Assembly (NCBI GenBank): GCA_003056085.1
Contig: LSNK01000001.1
Span: 152,729 to 216,728, forward strand
Source of the DNA: Parcubacteria group bacterium M6-OD1-1
GTDB taxonomy: Bacteria; Patescibacteriota; Minisyncoccia; GWC2-36-17; M10-OD1-4
Length of the DNA stretch: 64,000 bases
Direction of reading: 5' to 3'
Shown: in pieces, positions 26,731 to 38,284 of the stretch
Layout: each line of letters starts with the position of its first letter
Numbering within the stretch: the first letter of the stretch is position 1
The notes under the pieces: model-generated
The model's input: the letters and a program-made list of their open reading frames with translations, nothing else
Databases searched by the model: none
What the model was told of the DNA's origin: nothing
Position numbers and translations under genes: made by a program

Positions 26731-27504
26731 ATGAAAGAATATAACTTTATAAAAAAAACCATAAAAGAAGCGGGCAAGCTTCTCTTACAGAAACGCGAAG
26801 AAGGCTTTTTTATAATGCAAAAAAATGATGACCCGCGCAACATCATAACTAATGTTGACAAAGAGATAAATAAATTTATTATAAATGCAATAAAAAAAGA
26901 ATTTCCCTCCCATGGTATTTATTCGGAAGAAGGGGAAGGAATAAAAAATACAAATGACTACTTGTGGACCATAGACCCGATAGACGGCACAGCAAATTTT
27001 TCTCGAAATATACCCCATTTTGCCGTATGTATCGGTGTTTTAAAAAAGGAAGTGCCTGTCGCCGGAGGAGTTTATAACCCGATAACAGATGAATTATTCA
27101 GTTTTAAAAAAGGAGAAGGGGTATTTTTAAACAATAAAACCATCTGTGTTTCAAAAATAACGGAACTTTCTAAAGCTCACATTTTATTTCACGCCGGAAG
27201 AAAAGAAAATTTAAGAGAGTGGGGCGGAGAATCATATAAAACTCTCTTGGGAAATGCAAAAAAAACCAGTAATCTTGCATCTTCTTCACTTGATGCCTGT
27301 TTTGTGGCGGCTGGAAGAGTAGAAGCAAATGTTTATGGAACACTTTCAACTTTAGACATTTCTTCTGCTATTGGAATACTTAAAGAAGCGGGAGGTATTA
27401 TTGCAAACGAAGATAAAGAAGATATTTCTTTATCTTCGAAGCCACAAAAAGTTTTTATGACAAATAATAAAAAGATTTTAAATTCTCTGATAGAGTTAAT
27501 TTAA
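26731..27504 (+). CDS. suhB: Inositol monophosphatase family protein
   Basis: SEE, WTIDPIDGTANF, VAAGR and EAGG. Confidence 0.9.
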   Translation: MKEYNFIKKTIKEAGKLLLQKREEGFFIMQKNDDPRNIITNVDKEINKFIINAIKKEFPSHGIYSEEGEGIKNTNDYLWTIDPIDGTANFSRNIPHFAVCIGVLKKEVPVAGGVYNPITDELFSFKKGEGVFLNNKTICVSKITELSKAHILFHAGRKENLREWGGESYKTLLGNAKKTSNLASSSLDACFVAAGRVEANVYGTLSTLDISSAIGILKEAGGIIANEDKEDISLSSKPQKVFMTNNKKILNSLIELI

Positions 27505-27507
27505 AAT

Positions 27508-28608
27508 CTATAACTGCCTAAGTTCTTTTTGTCTATTTTTTTCTACATCAGAACGAAGAGAATCCCGTGATTTTTTATACTCCAAAACCAATTTTTCAGA
27601 GATTAGCTCATTATTTAAAATAGATTCTAAAACTGCTGACCAAAAGTCTATTCGTCTCTCACTCAAAATTTTTAAATCTCCGGAAGTTTTTTGAAGAGAC
27701 TTAACATAAAACTCCAAAAGAAAACCAATTTTAAAAACCCTCATAAGACGTAAAGAAAGATACTCTTCTTTGTCCCTGTTTTCTTGTATATACTTTACAA
27801 AATATTGCTCCAACTCTTTATTGTAGATAATCATATAGTTTAAAAATCTTGCCCAGCTTTCATATTTATTTCCAAAAAACAAAGAAGCAAAATCCAAAAG
27901 ATAAATATCTTCTTTAACTACACGAAAATTATGAGGCACAAAATCTGTATGAGTAAGAAATCCCGAATAACGATTCATGGTTTCCTTATTTGAAACCAAA
28001 AATTTTTCGGCTCTTTTAAAAATTTTTATAAGATTTTTATTTTCCGGATAATAATTTTTACAAGTTTCTGAAAATCTTAAAAATTCTTCAATATAGTAAT
28101 TGTCACCTGCAACTCCAAATTTCTTTTTTATAAATTTAGTATGAGAATAAGTTGTTGCATGAACTCCTTCTTGTATCTTAAATGAACGTAAAGATGCAAA
28201 AAATTGATCTTTTAAACTCAATGAAAGAAAGGATACTTCCTCTTCAATGTAAAGATTAATAGATATAAAATATCCTTTTATTTTCTTAAACAAAATCTCC
28301 TCCGGCAAAAAAAATGTATGATAAGAGAAATTTAAATTATTTAAAACTTCTCTTCTTTTATGCTCCTCTTTAATCTCCTTAATTCCGCTTTTTTTACTGC
28401 TGACTTTTATTACAACCTTTCTGTTGTCGCTCAAACGCCTGCCGATAAGAACAAGCTTTTCACCGCTCATTAAGTATCTCTCGCCCCCTATATGAATTTG
28501 ATTCTCATCTACACTAAACCCTAAATTTTTAAGCATAGGCAAAACTCCTGCTATTTCGCTTTTGCAGTATTTGTTCCATTTTTGTTTTTCGTCGCTATTT
28601 TGTTGCAT
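27508..28608 (-). CDS. Protein-kinase-like (APH/choline kinase fold) phosphotransferase
   Basis: VVIK lysine, HTDFVPHN catalytic loop and LLDFA. Confidence 0.75.
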   Translation of the reverse strand: MQQNSDEKQKWNKYCKSEIAGVLPMLKNLGFSVDENQIHIGGERYLMSGEKLVLIGRRLSDNRKVVIKVSSKKSGIKEIKEEHKRREVLNNLNFSYHTFFLPEEILFKKIKGYFISINLYIEEEVSFLSLSLKDQFFASLRSFKIQEGVHATTYSHTKFIKKKFGVAGDNYYIEEFLRFSETCKNYYPENKNLIKIFKRAEKFLVSNKETMNRYSGFLTHTDFVPHNFRVVKEDIYLLDFASLFFGNKYESWARFLNYMIIYNKELEQYFVKYIQENRDKEEYLSLRLMRVFKIGFLLEFYVKSLQKTSGDLKILSERRIDFWSAVLESILNNELISEKLVLEYKKSRDSLRSDVEKNRQKELRQL

Positions 28609-29143
28609 GTTTAAATTTCTCTTTAAGCATTTTTAAATGCATATTCCAAGAATTTTCGTATAATTTAATTTCCTTCTCCGGTTTCTCATCAAATGGCAAA
28701 ATTTCCGGCAACTTTAAAGAAATCTCCTTTATTACAAATTTAGCATGATTAGAAATAAAATTATTTATATATTTTGATATTTTATTTTTCTTTATTTTTT
28801 CATCTGCAACAGGATCTCCAATATGGAAAATAAACGACTTGCGCCTTAAAAGAAAAATCAAGCCAACAGGCAATTCAACAGATGCCCCATTTTCAGAATA
28901 AATAAGATCCGCATCTTTTGAAGCTCGTAAAAGCGAATAGAAAAAACTTAACAAACGCAAAGGCAATAAACGATTTTTGTTTATACAAATAAAAGAAACT
29001 CCTGAAATTTTTTCCGGCAATCGCCCATACATAATGACCGTTAGCTCATGCTCTCCGGCTAATCTTTTTGTCAGCTCTTTTATATAAATTGCCGGACCGC
29101 CTATTTCCGGTGGATATATTGGTGTTGTTATTATTATTCTCAT
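28595..29143 (-). CDS. GT4-like protein, N-terminal domain only
   Basis: PIYPPEIGGPA start typical of GT4; the C-terminal nucleotide-sugar domain is absent. Confidence 0.7.
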   Translation of the reverse strand: MRIIITTPIYPPEIGGPAIYIKELTKRLAGEHELTVIMYGRLPEKISGVSFICINKNRLLPLRLLSFFYSLLRASKDADLIYSENGASVELPVGLIFLLRRKSFIFHIGDPVADEKIKKNKISKYINNFISNHAKFVIKEISLKLPEILPFDEKPEKEIKLYENSWNMHLKMLKEKFKHATK

Positions 29144-29306
29144 ACAGGCAGTTTATCACAAAACAGACAAACAGCTCAATTAAAAAAACAGCAAAAGATA
29201 TGCGAGAAAAAGTGTTTAAAAAACTTCTTTCTTGATTTGACAATCTATTAAAAATATAGTATATTTTGATTAAAGTTTTAATGGTTCAAAAATAAGGAGG
29301 CGTGAC

Positions 29307-29603
29307 ATGAAGCTGTATATTAACAAACTAATTCCATTTTGTTTGAAATATTTTTTAACCTGGAAATACTCCCTCCTTGCTCCGTATATGCAAGGACTTA
29401 TGGTGCAGGCTAAATTTTTGTACAAGCAGTCTGACCTTTTTAAAACCCGGTATCAAATCTTTGGGATTGAATTTGCCGAGCAGACATTTGAACAAAATGT
29501 GTTTTATTTTTTTCAAAAAGCAAAACAAGAGCCGTTTATTATAAGAGCAAAAATATTTTTTGATGCCACATTGGGCAAAGCCCCGAAACCCTACTACATG
29601 TAG
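29307..29603 (+). CDS. Hypothetical protein
   Basis: TTGACA promoter and AAGGAGG SD upstream. Confidence 0.5.
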   Translation: MKLYINKLIPFCLKYFLTWKYSLLAPYMQGLMVQAKFLYKQSDLFKTRYQIFGIEFAEQTFEQNVFYFFQKAKQEPFIIRAKIFFDATLGKAPKPYYM

Positions 29604-29711
29604 GGTTTTTTAAATTTTCACTTAAAACAGGCAGAGATTGCAAAAACTTGAGTTTTTTTGTCAAAAAAGCTATTATTCTAAGGGTATATTGGATATATCC
29701 TTATTAATCAC

Positions 29712-32384
29712 ATGACTACTAAAACAAAAAAAATAAATAGCAAAAAATCTCAGCTTCAAACAACTTACGAACCAAAAAAAGTTGAGGATAAAATATATAA
29801 AACATGGGAAAAATCAGGATATTTTAATCCTGATAAACTTCCTGACAAAAAATCCAGAAAAAAATCGTACTTCATACCGATGCCGCCTCCAAATGCCACA
29901 GGAATATTGCACTTGGGGCACTCTCTTATGCTTGCCATACAAGATGCCCAAGTGAGATTTCACAGAATGCGCGGAGAAAAAACTCTTTGGATTCCGGGCA
30001 CAGACCACGCCTCTATCGCCACTCAAAATGTAGTTGAAAAACTCCTTTTAAAAAAAGGTGTAACCAAAGAGGACTTGGGACGGGTTAATTTTTTAAAAGA
30101 AGTTGATAAATTTGTAAAAGACTCAAAAAACACCATAAAGACTCAAATAAAAAAAATGGGGTCATCTTGCGACTGGTCTCGCGAAAGATACACATTGGAT
30201 GCGGGAATGACGGAAGCCGTACAAACTATTTTTGTAAATATGTACAATGACGGCTTAATCTACAAAGGATGGAGAATGGTCAACTGGTGCCCAAGATGCG
30301 TTTCCACTTTGGCGGATGATGAAGTTGACCATAAAGAAATAGAAGGAAATTTGTATTATATAAAATACCCCATTAAAGATGGCGGATTTTTGATTGTTGC
30401 AACAACCCGCCCGGAAACAATGCTTGGTGACACAGCCTTGGTGGTTAACCCAAAAGACAAAAAGTATCTTGATTTTATAGGCAAAATATCTCAAGTGCCG
30501 CTAACTCAACGTGAAATTCCGGTTCTTTCCGACTCTTATGTTGAAATGGAGTTTGGAACAGGGGTTTTAAAAGTCACACCTGGACACGACCCCAATGATT
30601 TTGCCTTGGGCAAAAAACACAAGCTTGATGTTATAGATATTTTTGATGACATGGGAAAAATTTCTGACAAAGCTTCCGAGTATCATAATTTTGCAAAATA
30701 CAAAGGACTTGATAGATTTGAAGCAAGAAAAAAAATTATAGATGATCTTAAAAAAGAAGGAAGCCTTGTTAAGATAGAGCCTCACAAACATAATGTTGGG
30801 CATTGCTACAGATGCAAAACAATAATTGAGCCTAAAATTTCCGAGCAATGGTTTGTTTCTGTAAATAAAAAAATACGGGGAGGAAAATCTCTAAAACAAA
30901 AAGCTATTTTGGCTGTAAAAGATAAGAAAATAGAGATCATCCCGGAAAAATTCAATAAAACATATTTCAATTGGATGAACAACCTTCATGATTGGTGTAT
31001 TTCAAGACAAATTTGGTTTGGTCACAGGCTTCCTGTCTACTATTGCGGTGACTGTGAAAATACAATGGTTCAAATAAAAAGACCAAAACAATGCGCAAAA
31101 TGCAAGTCTAAAAAAATAAAGCAAGACACAAGCACCTTAGACACATGGTTCTCTTCCGGACTTTGGACTTTTTCAACTTTAGGATGGCCGAAAAAAACAA
31201 AAGATTTAAAAGAATTTCATCCGGCGTCTTTGATGGAAACCGGCTATGACATCATATTTTTTTGGGTCGCAAGAATGATAATTATGTCTGAATACGCGCT
31301 CAAAACCATTCCCTTTAAAAAAGTTTATTTACATGGACTTGTATTGGATAAAAAAGGCATCAAAATGTCAAAGTCAATCGGTAATGTCATTAACCCTTTA
31401 AAAATGTCAGAAAAATATGGAGCTGATGCAACAAGACTTTCTTTAATTATAGGAAACTCGCCAGGAAACAACTTGAAGCTTTCTGAAGAAAAAATAGCAA
31501 GTTTTAGAAATTTTTCAAATAAAATATGGAATATTTCAAGATATATTATTTTAAATAAAAAAGACAAAAAACCAGCTTCCAAAAAATTAACACTTCCCGA
31601 CAAATGGATATTAAAAAAATTAGAAAATCTCACCAAAGATGTAACGCAGCATTATGAAAAAATAGAACTTTCCCTTGCGGGAGAAAAGCTTCGCGAATTT
31701 ATTTGGGGGGATCTTGCAGACTGGTACTTGGAGATATCAAAAACTCAAGAAAAAGATGTTTTAAACCAAGTTTTAAAACAAGTTTTGATTTTATCCCACC
31801 CGCTTCTTCCTTTTTTAACCGAATACATTTGGGAAACGGCAGAATTTAAAAAAGGACCGAAAAAACTTTTAATGGTGGAGCCTTGGCCTGCCATCACTAA
31901 AGCCTCAAAAAATAAACCCGCTCAGGTGGAAAAAGAATTTGAAATGCTAAAAAGCATCATTACTTCCATAAGAAATGTACGAGCGGAATATAAAATTGAA
32001 CCAAAACAAAAAATATCCGCTGTAATTTATTCAAAAGAAGAGAAAATTCTAACCTCCGTGAAACCGGCTATTGAATTTCTTTCCGGACTATCTCATGTTA
32101 CAATAAAAAAAACGGGAGAAAAGCCTGAAAATTCCTCTGAAATAATACTCAAAAAAGCTTCTATTTATATACCTATGGGAGATTTAACCAACAAAGAAAA
32201 AGAAGTTGAAAGAATACAAAAAGAACTCAAAAATGCTAAAGATTATAAATTGGTTATACAAAAAAAACTTGAAAATGAAAACTTTATAAAAAGAGCTCCG
32301 GAAAATATAGTAAAAGAAGAACAAAAAAAACTAAAAGAACAAAATATGTTAATAAAAAAATTAGAAGAAAAATTAAAACTATGA
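29712..32384 (+). CDS. valS: Valine--tRNA ligase
   Basis: PPPNATGILHLGH, DWCISRQIWFGH, KMSKS and C-terminal coiled coil with NENFIKRAP. Confidence 0.98.
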   Translation: MTTKTKKINSKKSQLQTTYEPKKVEDKIYKTWEKSGYFNPDKLPDKKSRKKSYFIPMPPPNATGILHLGHSLMLAIQDAQVRFHRMRGEKTLWIPGTDHASIATQNVVEKLLLKKGVTKEDLGRVNFLKEVDKFVKDSKNTIKTQIKKMGSSCDWSRERYTLDAGMTEAVQTIFVNMYNDGLIYKGWRMVNWCPRCVSTLADDEVDHKEIEGNLYYIKYPIKDGGFLIVATTRPETMLGDTALVVNPKDKKYLDFIGKISQVPLTQREIPVLSDSYVEMEFGTGVLKVTPGHDPNDFALGKKHKLDVIDIFDDMGKISDKASEYHNFAKYKGLDRFEARKKIIDDLKKEGSLVKIEPHKHNVGHCYRCKTIIEPKISEQWFVSVNKKIRGGKSLKQKAILAVKDKKIEIIPEKFNKTYFNWMNNLHDWCISRQIWFGHRLPVYYCGDCENTMVQIKRPKQCAKCKSKKIKQDTSTLDTWFSSGLWTFSTLGWPKKTKDLKEFHPASLMETGYDIIFFWVARMIIMSEYALKTIPFKKVYLHGLVLDKKGIKMSKSIGNVINPLKMSEKYGADATRLSLIIGNSPGNNLKLSEEKIASFRNFSNKIWNISRYIILNKKDKKPASKKLTLPDKWILKKLENLTKDVTQHYEKIELSLAGEKLREFIWGDLADWYLEISKTQEKDVLNQVLKQVLILSHPLLPFLTEYIWETAEFKKGPKKLLMVEPWPAITKASKNKPAQVEKEFEMLKSIITSIRNVRAEYKIEPKQKISAVIYSKEEKILTSVKPAIEFLSGLSHVTIKKTGEKPENSSEIILKKASIYIPMGDLTNKEKEVERIQKELKNAKDYKLVIQKKLENENFIKRAPENIVKEEQKKLKEQNMLIKKLEEKLKL

Positions 32385-32424
32385 AATAATTACAAAATAA
32401 TTTTGTAATTATTTCTATTTTAAA

Positions 32425-33195
32425 ATGCTTGAACAAATACAATATTTTTCTTTTTTAATATTTGTCGGAACTATTCCAAGTTTGATTTGGCTTTTTTATT
32501 ACCTTAAAAAAGACGAACATAAAGAACCGAACAAAACGTTAATTCAAATATTTCTCCTTGGGGCTCTGTCTACAGTTTGGGCGCTGCTTCTTGAAGCTTT
32601 GTTTTTGAAAGGGCTTGAAGCTGTCGGTATTGAATGTTTAGGGTGTGAAGGCTTAATACCCGACTTTCTCGGCGCAGTTAATTTTCAAATATTAAGCGCA
32701 TTGTCTTTTGTGATATTTCTTGGGCTTGCTTTTATAGAAGAAGCTTCTAAGTATCTTATTGTTAAATTCAGGATTTTAAAGGACAAGGCTTTTGACGAGC
32801 CTGTGGATGCAATGATATACTTAGTTGTAGGAGCATTAGGGTTTGCAGCGGCAGAAAACATAGGCTACATCATAGCCGCTAACCCAGAGGATGTTCTTGG
32901 AGTATTATACCTCAGATTTTTTACAGCAACCTTCCTTCATGCTTTAACATCTGCTATTGTCGGATACTTTTTTGCTCTTTCTATTATTCACAAAAGAAAC
33001 CATTTTATTTTTATAACAAGCGGAATACTGCTTGCAACTTTAGCTCATGCTTTATTTAATCTGCTTGTAACCTTAATGGAAAATTCTGACTTTTCGTTTT
33101 TATACTTAGTAGTGCTTATGATATTCCTATTTGAGTCAGTATCGTATCTTTTCAGAAGAATAAAAAAAATACATTACAATATGCAAAATCAATAA
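32425..33195 (+). CDS. prsW: PrsW-family intramembrane protease
   Basis: IEEASK, LGFAAAEN, LHA and HALFN. Confidence 0.9.
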   Translation: MLEQIQYFSFLIFVGTIPSLIWLFYYLKKDEHKEPNKTLIQIFLLGALSTVWALLLEALFLKGLEAVGIECLGCEGLIPDFLGAVNFQILSALSFVIFLGLAFIEEASKYLIVKFRILKDKAFDEPVDAMIYLVVGALGFAAAENIGYIIAANPEDVLGVLYLRFFTATFLHALTSAIVGYFFALSIIHKRNHFIFITSGILLATLAHALFNLLVTLMENSDFSFLYLVVLMIFLFESVSYLFRRIKKIHYNMQNQ

Positions 33196-33216
33196 ATAAT
33201 AATTTAAACTAAAAAT

Positions 33217-33765
33217 ATGAGTATAAAACCATCTTTTTTTGAAAAAATAACAGGAACTAAAAGCGTTCAGAGAGAACCGAGAATCACTCAATCCCAGCTA
33301 AGAAGACCTCAGAGACCTCCTGCACAAGAACCGCCTCAAGAGAAAATAACAAGAGACGTACAAATTCAAGAAGAAACTCCAAAAAAAGAAACTCCTAATT
33401 TAGAAAAAAGAAAAAAAGAATTCCTTTCAGAAGCAGAAGGTCAGTTGGTTTTAGATGTTTATCAAGACGATGGAAATATAATAGTAAAATCAACTCTTGC
33501 AGGAGTAAAGCCTGAAGACATAGACATAACTATCACAAATGACATGCTGTCCATTAAAGGCGCTCGAGAAAAAGAAGAAAATATTGAAGAGGATAACTAT
33601 TACTATCAAGAATGTTACTGGGGAGCATTTTCAAGATCAGTTATTTTGCCAACAGAAGTAGAAGCAGACAGAATACAAGCATCAATCAAAAATGGAGTAT
33701 TAACTATAGTTCTTCCTAAAGCCGAAAAAGTAAAAACTAAGAAAATATCAGTAATAGAACAGTAA
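33217..33765 (+). CDS. Hsp20/alpha-crystallin small heat-shock protein
   Basis: ECYWGAFSRSVILP and ASIKNGVLTIVLPK. Confidence 0.93.
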   Translation: MSIKPSFFEKITGTKSVQREPRITQSQLRRPQRPPAQEPPQEKITRDVQIQEETPKKETPNLEKRKKEFLSEAEGQLVLDVYQDDGNIIVKSTLAGVKPEDIDITITNDMLSIKGAREKEENIEEDNYYYQECYWGAFSRSVILPTEVEADRIQASIKNGVLTIVLPKAEKVKTKKISVIEQ

Positions 33766-33784
33766 ACACCCCAACCTTAACCTT

Positions 33785-33817
33785 AAAAAACACCGCATTT
33801 TGAATACGGTGTTTTTT
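33785..33817. terminator. Bidirectional intrinsic terminator between hsp20 and clpB
   Basis: AAAAAACACCGCATTTTGAATACGGTGTTTTTT. Confidence 0.75.
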
Positions 33818-33851
33818 AATTCTTAAATTTGATATATTTTTTTATTGTCAG

Positions 33852-36440
33852 TTACATCGTTTTAAATGTCATTTTTCCATTTTTTGCGCTGATAAGAACC
33901 TTGTCACCGTCTTTTATTTTTCCATCTATGATATAAAGCGCAAGTTCATCATAAATCAACCGTTGTATCGCCCTTTTAAGAGGCCTCGCTCCGTACGCAG
34001 GATCATAGCCCTCCTCTACTAAAAGTTTTTTTGCGGGATCATCAATTGTAACAGTTATATTTTTCTCTTCTTTAAGCAAAAGTATTACTTCTTCAAGTTG
34101 AATATCAACAATCTTCAATAATTGCTCTTTTGTAATACGGTGAAATACGATTATATCATCAATACGGTTAAGAAATTCCGGACGGAAATGTTTATTTACA
34201 ATCCCCAGGACTTCCTTTTGTAATTTATCTTCATCTTTACCATCCCATTCAGAAATAATATCACCTCCAAGGTTTGAGGTCATTATTATTATGGTATTAC
34301 TAAAATCAACCGTCCTGCCTTGACTGTCAGTCAACCTGCCATCATCAAGAACCTGAAGCAATATATCAAATACATCCGGATGCGCCTTCTCAACTTCATC
34401 AAGCAATACAACAGAATAAGGTCTTCTGCGCACCGGCTCCGTTAGTTGCCCAGCCTCTTCATATCCCACATATCCCGGAGGCGCTCCGATAAGGCGGCTT
34501 GTTGAAAATTTTTCCATATACTCACTCATATCAATCCGAACCATAGCGTTTTTATCATCAAACAAAATATCTGCCAATGCGCGAACAAGTTCGGTTTTCC
34601 CTACACCTGTGGGGCCCAGAAATAAAAATGACCCGATTGGACGATTTCCGGACTTTAAACCGGCTCGAGAACGCCTTATAGCACGAGCGACGCCGGAAAC
34701 AGCCTCTTCTTGTCCAACGACACGCTTTTGCAACTCATCTTCCATATGCGACAATTTATCTACTTCTGTTTGCAGCAATTTTGTAATGGGAACTCCGGTC
34801 CACTTTGCTACAACTCTTGCGATATCTTCTTCCGTTACTTCTTCGCGAATAATTCTTTCTTTCTCCGGTATTTTGTCTAATTCTTTTTTTGCTTTTTTTA
34901 TCTCTTCTTCAATCTTAGGTATTTCACTGTATTGAATTTTTGCAGCCTCTTCATACAAACCTTCTCTTTGAGCAGACTCCTGCTTTGTTTTTAATTTTTC
35001 TATCTCGCTTGCAAGATTTCGCGCTTTTTCAACAAGGGCGCGCTCTTTTTCCCAACGTGTCTTTTTTGCATCAAGTTTTTCTTTCAGTGTTGCTATCTGC
35101 TGTTTTATTTCTTTTATTCTTTTTTTGCTTTTTAGATCTTTCTCTTTTTTTAAAGCTTCTTTTTCTATTTCAAATTGCATGATTTGCCTATGCAAAACAT
35201 CCATATCCGTAGGCATACTTTCTATTTCCATTTTAAGCGACGAAGTCGCCTCATCTATCAAGTCTATCGCTTTATCAGGAGAAAACCTGTCTGTAATATA
35301 TCTATCAGATAAACGCGCCGCCGCAACAATCGCAGAGTCAGTAATACGAACACCATGATGTATCTCATATTTTTCTTTCAGTCCGCGCAGTATTGCAATG
35401 GTAGCATCAAGGTCGGGCTCACCGACAAATACCGGCTGAAAACGCCTTTCTAAAGCTGCATCTTTTTCAATATACTTACGATACTCATTTAAAGTTGTCG
35501 CTCCTATCATATGAAGTTTGCCACGCGCCAAAAGAGGCTTTATCATATTTGCCGCATCCACCGCACCTTCTCCCCCGCCCGCATTAACAATAGTGTGCAA
35601 TTCATCTATAAATAAAATAATCCTTCCTTGCGCATCTTCAACTTCTTTGAGAACGGCTTTTAAGCGCTCTTCAAATTCTCCGCGAAATTTTGCGCCTGCA
35701 AGCAAAGACCCTATCTCAAGATTGATAAGTTTTTTATTTTTTAACGACTCCGGAACATCACCATTTATTATTCTCTGCGCTAATCCCTCTACTATTGCGG
35801 TCTTGCCAACGCCCGGATCACCGATTAACACAGGATTGTTCTTTGTGCGCCGTGACAACACTTGCATAACTCTTCGTATCTCTTCGTCACGACCAATAAC
35901 AGGATCTAACTCACCCTTTTTTGCAAGCGCTGTAAAATCTACTCCATATTTTTCCAAAACCTTGTATTTTGATTCCGGATTTGTATCTGTTACTTTCATA
36001 TTTCCTCTAATATTGGCTAAATTATTAACAATATTCTGTTTATTGATTCCATTTCTATCCAAAATTATCCCAGCCGTACCAGTTGTAGAACATATGGCAA
36101 TAAGCAAATGTTCTGTGCTTACATATTCATCTCCGAGTTCTTTTGTCTGTTTTTGCGAATCCTCCAAGACTTGCGCAAGCTCAGGAGTTATTCTGGGCAT
36201 CTCTTGACTTGCTAATACAGGTAATGCTGCAACTGCTTCTTTAACTTCTTTTTTTATGCTTTCAGCAGAAACGTCCAAACTTTCTATTAACGGCAACACC
36301 GCCGTATCTTCTTGCGATAAAAGCGCAAATAACAAATGTATCACATCCACTGTGCTGTTTTTATTGCTCCTTGAAAACTCAATAGCACTTTCAATTGCCT
36401 CTTTGGATTTATCTGTAAATTTTTCTAAATCAAATGCCAT
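33852..36440 (-). CDS. clpB: ATP-dependent chaperone ClpB
   Basis: Two AAA+ modules ([16 protein letters not shown]), middle coiled coil, GAPPGYVGY and YGARPL. Confidence 0.97.
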   Translation of the reverse strand: MAFDLEKFTDKSKEAIESAIEFSRSNKNSTVDVIHLLFALLSQEDTAVLPLIESLDVSAESIKKEVKEAVAALPVLASQEMPRITPELAQVLEDSQKQTKELGDEYVSTEHLLIAICSTTGTAGIILDRNGINKQNIVNNLANIRGNMKVTDTNPESKYKVLEKYGVDFTALAKKGELDPVIGRDEEIRRVMQVLSRRTKNNPVLIGDPGVGKTAIVEGLAQRIINGDVPESLKNKKLINLEIGSLLAGAKFRGEFEERLKAVLKEVEDAQGRIILFIDELHTIVNAGGGEGAVDAANMIKPLLARGKLHMIGATTLNEYRKYIEKDAALERRFQPVFVGEPDLDATIAILRGLKEKYEIHHGVRITDSAIVAAARLSDRYITDRFSPDKAIDLIDEATSSLKMEIESMPTDMDVLHRQIMQFEIEKEALKKEKDLKSKKRIKEIKQQIATLKEKLDAKKTRWEKERALVEKARNLASEIEKLKTKQESAQREGLYEEAAKIQYSEIPKIEEEIKKAKKELDKIPEKERIIREEVTEEDIARVVAKWTGVPITKLLQTEVDKLSHMEDELQKRVVGQEEAVSGVARAIRRSRAGLKSGNRPIGSFLFLGPTGVGKTELVRALADILFDDKNAMVRIDMSEYMEKFSTSRLIGAPPGYVGYEEAGQLTEPVRRRPYSVVLLDEVEKAHPDVFDILLQVLDDGRLTDSQGRTVDFSNTIIIMTSNLGGDIISEWDGKDEDKLQKEVLGIVNKHFRPEFLNRIDDIIVFHRITKEQLLKIVDIQLEEVILLLKEEKNITVTIDDPAKKLLVEEGYDPAYGARPLKRAIQRLIYDELALYIIDGKIKDGDKVLISAKNGKMTFKTM

Positions 36441-36571
36441 ATCTAAATTTTATTCCTCTTTTTTATTTTTTGCAATAACCTGAAACACTGTTCGTGTTAT
36501 TTACTTAAAAAAACCAAATTTAAAATGTTCAGCAAAAAAAACAAAGTTATGATATAATTTAAAGCACTATA

Positions 36572-38233
36572 ATGCAAAAAATTATTGAAAAAATAGGGTT
36601 TCTCATACTGATAGTTGCAATACTTTCATTTGCATCTTTTTTAGCTTTGGAAATTACTTCATTGGATAAAGTTATTTATGGAGTAAAAATAAACGACCAA
36701 AATATAGGAGGATTTAAAAAATCTGACTTAGAAGTGTTTGTTAAAGATGCTATTAAAAACTACGGAAAAATAACGATAAAATCAGAAAATTTAAAATTAT
36801 CAGCATCATTAAATGAGCTTGGCATTAAAGCAGATATAGATAAAACTATTGATTCTTTATTTTCCATCGGCAGAGAACGAAATATCTTTATGGGAATGAA
36901 ACATCAAATGGCATCATTGCTTTTTGGACGCACTGCCAGCATAAACTTGGCTGTAAATAATGAAACATTTGATAAATATATTTCAGAAAATACAGCAAAA
37001 TTAAATACACCGACGGAAAATGCAAATTTTTCTTATGAAAAAGACAATGTAACTATAAAACCGGAAAGATTAGGCAGAGTTGTAGATAAAAAAATATTGT
37101 TATCCAGTATAATAACATCAGTTTCATCTCTTAAAAAAACCCCTGTGCAAATATCATTTAAAATAGATAATCCAAAAATTTCAAAGAAACTGCTGGAAGA
37201 ACAAAAAGAAAAAGTTGAAAATATATTAAAAAATGCTCCTTATATAATATCGCAAGATGACTCCCAAAAATGGGAAATAGACAAAAGCCAAATAAAAGAC
37301 TGGCTAATTCCAAAAATATCAAACAATAAAGTGGCTTTGTCCTTTGATAAAACCAAAATAAAAAACTTTTTAATCCAAATATCCCCCTCCATAAACAGAG
37401 AACCGCAAGATGCTGTTTTAACGATGAAAGATGGGCGTGCAACAGAATTTCAGCTTTCAAAAAACGGAATTGAACTTGATGTCACGTCAAGCGCTCTAAA
37501 AATAGAATCTGAAATTTTAAAAGGAAATAAAAAAATAATTTTAAAGGTAAATGAAACACTACCGGAAATAAGAACGGACACTATCGAAAATCTTGGCATA
37601 ACTTCTTTGCTTGGAAAAGGTGAATCTGACTTTTCCGGCTCAATACCTTCAAGAATTCACAATATAAAACTTGGAGCGGAAAAACTCAACGGACTGCTTA
37701 TAAAACCCGGGGAAGAATTTTCTTTTGTAAAAAGCATTGGAGACATAAATGCAAAAGAAGGATACAAACCGGCATATGTTATTAAAAATGGAGCGACAAT
37801 TCCTGAATACGGAGGAGGTTTATGCCAAGTTTCAACAACAACATTTCGCGCCGCTATGTGGGCGGGGCTTAAAATAACAGAAAGATTTCCCCACAGCTAC
37901 CCGGTATCGTATTATGACCCGCAAGGTTTTGACGCTGCAATTTACGGACCGCATCCCGACTTAAGATTTGTAAATGACACGCCAAATTATATGCTTATTC
38001 AGTCAAAAATAGTCGGCAATAAACTCTATTTTGAAATATACGGAACGTCTGACGGAAGAAAAGTAAAGATAATAGGACCTGAAGAATACGACAAAAAACC
38101 GGACGGATCACTCAAAGCTCATCTTACAAGAGAAATATACGATAAAGACGGAAAACTTATCACAAAGAAAACATACTATTCAAACTACAAATCGCAAAAA
38201 CTATACCCTGTTAAGAAAAATCCTCTTGAATAA
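36572..38233 (+). CDS. VanW-family protein with peptidoglycan-binding repeats
   Basis: N-terminal TM helix, RIHNIKLG, GGGLCQVSTT, ERFPHS and DLRFVNDT. Confidence 0.9.
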   Translation: MQKIIEKIGFLILIVAILSFASFLALEITSLDKVIYGVKINDQNIGGFKKSDLEVFVKDAIKNYGKITIKSENLKLSASLNELGIKADIDKTIDSLFSIGRERNIFMGMKHQMASLLFGRTASINLAVNNETFDKYISENTAKLNTPTENANFSYEKDNVTIKPERLGRVVDKKILLSSIITSVSSLKKTPVQISFKIDNPKISKKLLEEQKEKVENILKNAPYIISQDDSQKWEIDKSQIKDWLIPKISNNKVALSFDKTKIKNFLIQISPSINREPQDAVLTMKDGRATEFQLSKNGIELDVTSSALKIESEILKGNKKIILKVNETLPEIRTDTIENLGITSLLGKGESDFSGSIPSRIHNIKLGAEKLNGLLIKPGEEFSFVKSIGDINAKEGYKPAYVIKNGATIPEYGGGLCQVSTTTFRAAMWAGLKITERFPHSYPVSYYDPQGFDAAIYGPHPDLRFVNDTPNYMLIQSKIVGNKLYFEIYGTSDGRKVKIIGPEEYDKKPDGSLKAHLTREIYDKDGKLITKKTYYSNYKSQKLYPVKKNPLE

Positions 38234-38284
38234 TTGCCGATTTAGAAAAACCGCTATGCGAATGCACAGCGGTTTTTTTGACTA

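Noticed and set aside
34609-36483. Long + strand ORFs opposite clpB
   Set aside because: Antisense shadows of a conserved gene.
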